A DNA stretch of 64,000 nt from Octopus vulgaris (lineage: Eukaryota): the NCBI GenBank assembly GCA_951406725.2, contig OX597822.1, positions 33,170,001 through 33,234,000 of the forward strand. The letters are read 5' to 3'. The translations under genes and the position numbers were made by a program. A model generated the notes under the pieces. That model saw only the letters and a list, made by a program, of their open reading frames with translations, did no database searches and was not told the origin of the DNA. This document shows, piece after piece, positions 58,608 to 64,000 of the stretch; the first letter of the stretch is position 1; each line of letters opens with the position of its first letter.

Positions 58608-58640
<33 letters not shown>

Positions 58641-59825
58641 CAGGGGTTGGATAGAATAATTGGATCAGTAGAAATTTAACTCCACTATTTCAATATTACG
58701 AATATCCATCCAAATTTCATTGTGACTGTGTATTTATTTTTGTATTGAACATGGTTTTAGTTATCTAATTTAATGATTATTTTTTATCTCTTTTCCGGAT
58801 AATAGTATAAATTAAGCTAAGATGCGTGATCTAACTGAGTTCGAAAAAGGGCAAATTGTTGGAGCTCGAACGGCAGGAGCTTCCGTCACCAGAACACCTG
58901 AGCTCCTGGGTTTTTCGAGAGATACCATATCAAGGACCATGACTGAATTTCAGAAGCGGGGCAAAACCTGCCGGACTTACTCCTCCTGCTGAAAGAGACC
59001 GATGAGTGTTGCAACAGAGTTGAATCAAAATCTGACTAGCCTTGTTTCAACCAAAACTGTTCATGGTGAGCTCAGTAAAGCCAGATATCATGGAAGTGCC
59101 GCCATCAGGAAGCCTCTGCTTTCTCATCAAAATATTCAGAAAAGGCTGAACTTGTGTAGAGATCACAAGGGCTGGTCGACAGACCAATGGAAGTAAGTAA
59201 TATTCTCTGAAGAGTTCAGTTTTTTTTCTTTTTGTCACTGCAGGGCGTGTTTATGAGTGGAGGCAGCCACGGGAAACTTTTAATCCTGACTGCCTTCTTC
59301 CTATAGTGAAGCACGAAGGAGGGTCTCTGAAGGTTTGGATAGCCTTTTCTTGGAATTCTCTTGGTCCAATTGTTGTCCTGCATAGTAGGATCAACAGAAT
59401 TGACTATCTGAATATTTTAGGAAAGGAAGTCCTTCCCATTTCCAGACATTATTTCCTGATGGTGAGTGCAGCTTCCAAGATGCGAATGCTCCAATACACA
59501 GCTCTCATGTGGTTAAGAATTGACATGAAGAACATAGTAGTGGACTACAATACATGGAGTGACCCCCCTCAACTCCAGATCTTAATATTATTGAGCATCT
59601 GCGGTCATCTTAGAGCGACAGGTTAGAGGTCGTTACCCTCCACCGTCATGTCTGCAACAGATGGAGCAGGTGGAATGGCTTACGATGCCTTTCAATGAAG
59701 TCAGAAAGGTCTATGAATCAATTCCTAGACTCATCGAAGCTGTTCAGAAAGCTATAGGAGGACCAACTCCATATTAAATAAATATTCATTGAATTTGCCA
59801 CGTGTTCCAATTATTTTGTCCAACC

Positions 59826-59830
<5 letters not shown>
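58641..59830 (+). mobile_element. Decayed Tc1-like transposon
   Basis: Pseudo-ORF from MRDLTEFEKGQIVGAR (58822) through RKPLLS, VKHEGGSLKVW and PDLNIIEH to GGPTPY* (59777). ~26-bp TIRs (gggttggaYaRaataattgga) in TA. Confidence 0.88.
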
Positions 59831-59885
<55 letters not shown>

Positions 59886-60524
59886 AGTACGAAGACATGG
59901 AATAAGGACATTTTTTGCGAACAACAAAAAAAAAAAAAAACGAAAACAAGACAAGAAACATAAAGAACAACCCTTCGTCAGTTGTTGGCTGTTTTTCTAT
60001 TCCGTATTTCGAGCAATTCACATGATACGCCTTCGATAAAATAGTTGCTCCCGCAAAGCAAATTAAATAAAATTTGCGATCTTGCGGAGGGCCAAGATTG
60101 GTGACAAAAACAGGACAGTGAAAACAGACAGGAAGGGCTGCTAAGCTTAAACGAGGTTGTGGTGGCGAACGCGAAGATGCAAGTCTGGACAGGAGACAGA
60201 GAGTAATATGAATTCCCTGTCCAGCTGAAACAGGAAGTAAGAAAGAAACGCAAGTTAAGAGAATAGCCGATGGTCACGTGGGGGCCACGTGAGCAAAGGA
60301 GGAAGAGTGAGGAAGAGAGAGTGGCAGTCAGAGAGCTGTGAAAAGAAGAGGAAAATATTTGGAGATAGGATAAGAGGGAAAAAATAGAGAGAGAGAAGGG
60401 GAAGCAAAAGAAAGGAAGAGAGAAAACGAAAGAGTAGAAAGATAAAATAGTGGGAGAAGAGGACGCAAAAGAACAAGAGAATGGTGGAGAGAAAGGATAG
60501 AATAGTGGGAGAAGAGAGAAAAAG

Positions 60525-60563
<39 letters not shown>

Positions 60564-60565
60564 TG

Positions 60566-60674
60566 CGAGGTGGGGTTGAAAAGTTCCTGGCTTTAAGTGT
60601 ATCCCGAAAGGCCATGTTCAAAACCCAAACCTCCGATTACTTTTACCCAAACTCAGGAACTTTTCAGCCCCTCC
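60566..60674. mobile_element. Mariner-type MITE (~110 bp)
   Basis: Inverted termini ggggttgaaaagttcctg / caggaacttttcagcccc. Confidence 0.6.
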
Positions 60675-60680
60675 CCCTTG

Positions 60681-60774
<94 letters not shown>

Positions 60775-61684
60775 TGTGTGTGGGTGTATACATATAAAAA
60801 TTATCTATATGCATATATATATATATACATATAAATATATAGAGAAACAGAGTTATATATACATACGTATGTATGTCTTATACGATATACATGTGTGTGT
60901 ACATATATATATATATATATATATAAATATGTGTGTGCGTGTATGTGTATATGAATTTATATATATGTATATATATATATATATAAATTATATATATATA
61001 TATATGTATGTATGTATATATAAATATGATATAGGTATACTCAGGTAAACGTGTAAGAGAAATAATTAGTATGCTGAAGCACTTGATAGAAGTGGATGGT
61101 GTATATACCTCGTTTAAAACAATTTATCTCAGAAATTCCTCATGTGCTTTTATCAATTATCAACCTATTGTTGTGTATTTATTGACGAAAAACAGCTGTT
61201 ATTCCCGTTTTGTCAGTATTCAATGATAGGTATTTATTGAAAGAGTGAAGGAGGTAGAAATTTGTACTTTAAATTGTTATAGTCACATGACGTTATTCGT
61301 TCTACTGGAGTTTCAAATAACTAGTATTTTCTGAGATAATAAAAGCATCTAATCTGTAAACACGATCGCACGACAAATGAGTTAAGCTCCGACACTATCA
61401 CAGGCTGTATTCCCTTTGTAGTAATTGTCTTATATATAATATATACTTTAAAAAAAGAACTGAACTGTTTATGCGTAGCTAATTATTCTTGGTATTCTGG
61501 TCTCTGGTTTTAGACGTAAACAAAAAAAAAGTTTCTTTTCCGTTTGATATTTAATGAAACATCATAAATAGTGCATATCCAAACTCTATCAATAATTTCG
61601 GACGTAAGAAACACCATTGTTGTAATAAGAATATATTTTATAAACTATACAATACTATATTAATAATTTTCGTTATTAATTTTA

Positions 61685-62250
61685 TTGGGTTGTCCGGAAA
61701 GTGCGTGCCGATTTTTAAAGGAAAGAAAAAGGTTAATAAATACTTGCCATTACATTTTTAATCAACCAAATATGAATCATTTTGTTGCACAATGCGTCTC
61801 CATCTTTCCTTTAACTTGAAAATTCCCTCTTCCCCGAATTGAGGTGGTTTCATGGCAAAGGATTCATCAAGGTATCTTTTTACGTCATCCAAGGAATTGA
61901 AATTTTTACCATTAAGAGTATTCTGCAGAGACCTGAATAAGTGGAAATCCGAAGGAACAATATCCGGTGAATATGGAGGGTGGGGTAACACATCCCAGCC
62001 GAGCTGCAGCAATTTTTGACTGGTTCCCAAAGCATCAAGTGCCGAAAATGAACTTTCTTATCTTCCATTTCAAAAGGTTACGGAATTAATACAGGTTATA
62101 GGAACATAAATCTTCTTCTACGAAAAGATAGCTTAAACTGTGCTCTAAATGGAGGTGTAGTCAAATCCTATTTTATGGACTCAACCATGTTCTAAAATAA
62201 GTTGAAAGGTAAGCTACTATAGATCGGCACGAACTTCCCGGACAACCCAT
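61685..62250 (-). mobile_element. Internally deleted mariner (566 bp)
   Basis: TIRs ttgggttgtccggaaagtgcgtgccgat / atcggcacgaacttcccggacaacccat with TA TSDs. MEDKKVHFRHLML is joined to LGWDVLPHPPYSPDIVPSDFHLFRSLQN. Confidence 0.9.
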
Positions 62251-62295
62251 TATTTACTAAGTCAAATTAAACTATTTATTATTATTATTATTATT

Positions 62296-62850
62296 GAGGG
62301 AGAGAGCAGTGCATGCCATCAAAGTGACACTGGGGTAAAATATACAAAGCCCAATATAACCATCATGACTACCCGTCTGATAAAGGTACACCAGGCACAT
62401 GCATCACAACCATATGTGCGCGACATGGTGATCTCATATCAAGATAAACAGCACATGGCCTTGCAGGTGGGGCCCAGTTAGAATTTTCTTCAGGTTGAGT
62501 AGCCCATCCCGCTCAAAAGGTCCCTGAATAAGGGTTGTTTAAGGATGTTGAAAGAACCACCCATGTTTCCAGAGGTGAATTATTCAAACCCCAAAGAATC
62601 CCTCTCAACACATGGCTATGATGCTCCCCCACTACTTCTGCTCGTGATCAGAGATGCACATATCGTCAGCCACTAAGGGACATGCTCAACTGGTTAAGGT
62701 CAAACAACTGACAAGCAAATCTGTGGTAGTGAGCAGAATATTTGCTGTAGCCCATCTTTTATACCAAGACAAAACAATGTACATGATAACACTTCCAATC
62801 AGTTAAGATCAGAAGCCATGAGAGCCACTGCCTGGTACTGCATCAGGGCA
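62296..62850 (-). mobile_element. Second copy of the ~555-bp (AAT)n-embedded element
   Basis: Reverse complement of 10875-11430 with scattered substitutions. Confidence 0.75.
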
Positions 62851-62862
62851 ATTATTATTATT

Positions 62863-62978
<116 letters not shown>

Positions 62979-64000
62979 CATTATTATTGATATTAATATT
63001 ATTATTATCATCATCATCATCATCAATTAATTAATGTGTATGTGTGTGAAACTTTTCTCCGTCTTCTAGAAATAAATCCTTGTGGCGAGGCGTTACAATA
63101 CGAAAAGGACTTGAAATTAATTACGTAGAGCGAAATAAAATTCATTCAGAGATGGGTTTATGTGAGACGGCACGCACAAGTCTTGTGGCTTCGCTTTATC
63201 GCATAACAACTTATGTCATTTATATTTATAGCTCGGAATCTTTACTCCTGAAACTAAAGAAGGACAACGACGATGTTGGATACACAAGTAAAAGGACAAT
63301 ATTTATTAATAATCATTGTACATACAAGTGTAACTGTAAGGGAATACTTAACGGTTGGGATAAAATAAATGTAATAAAGTATATTAATAAGAATGCTAAA
63401 GAAAGATTATAATAAAAATAGTAAGTATAAAGAACCATAAATAAATCGATATAATAGTTGTTATACAAAGCCTGAATGTTACAAATGGTCGAAGGCACTT
63501 TGGTATATTTATGACGGATGGCTTTAAACTTGGGGGAGTTGTTATAAAATACAGAATAATACATTATTGATAAAAATGCTTGTGAGGAGATGGTTACCTC
63601 CTTTGTAATAACGACGATAAACCTAGAGGACACCACATGTATAATCATAGAGATACCAATAAAAATTGATGACCTGAGGAAATGCAAAGGTTTGTGAAGT
63701 TATGAAAATTATAGAAGCTTTCGAAAGCAAAGATATTTTCTGTGAAGTTAATTACGAATTCCGTTCGTCGAGAAATGATAACCGCTGGCAAGGGATGAGA
63801 CTGCAGTGGTTCAAAAACTTGGCACCCGGTTGACACTTCCAGCGCCTCCCTCCCTTCTCCCCACCACAAACATAGACCACGTTCTCCATCGAATTCAAAA
63901 CTATATTTCAAAAATAAAATGTAACCTAAATAAACCATTATTTTGAGGGGTGGGTTTCACATCTATAGCCCCATTTTGGCCACGACATTGTCATCCCAGT

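Larger units (their letters stand above)
47105..58615. mobile_element. Penelope-like retroelement complex: inverted 5'-truncated copy (47105-50799, -), full-length copy (50800-56333, +), second inverted truncated copy (56393-~58615, -)
   Basis: 47105-50799 is the reverse complement of ~52561-56260. 56393-58615 is the reverse complement of ~54030-56325. The complex contains an RT + GIY-YIG ORF and repeated pLTRs with hammerheads, and is bounded by (TA)n. Confidence 0.93.

Overview
AT-rich eukaryotic DNA dense in microsatellites and SINEs. The repeat landscape resembles an octopus/cephalopod genome (inference), and I cannot support any host exon. The main structure is an ~11.5-kb Penelope-like element (PLE) complex at 47105-58615. 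It has a near-intact plus-strand copy encoding RT plus a C-terminal GIY-YIG endonuclease (~713 aa once one frameshift is repaired). This copy has hammerhead-ribozyme pseudo-LTRs (pLTRs) and a ~3-kb 3' region made mostly of TA/TG-rich simple sequence, and it is flanked by two inverted truncated copies. Further minimal hammerheads from other PLE-like families sit in (TA)n tracts, often as fold-backs. In several of these fold-backs the inverted arm lacks the terminal tail. Also present are three tRNA-type SINE families, a ~555-bp element inserted twice in (AAT)n, LINE remnants (CR1-like, L1/Tx1-like, RLE-type) and decayed Tc1/mariner elements. Most listed ORFs are microsatellite artefacts.
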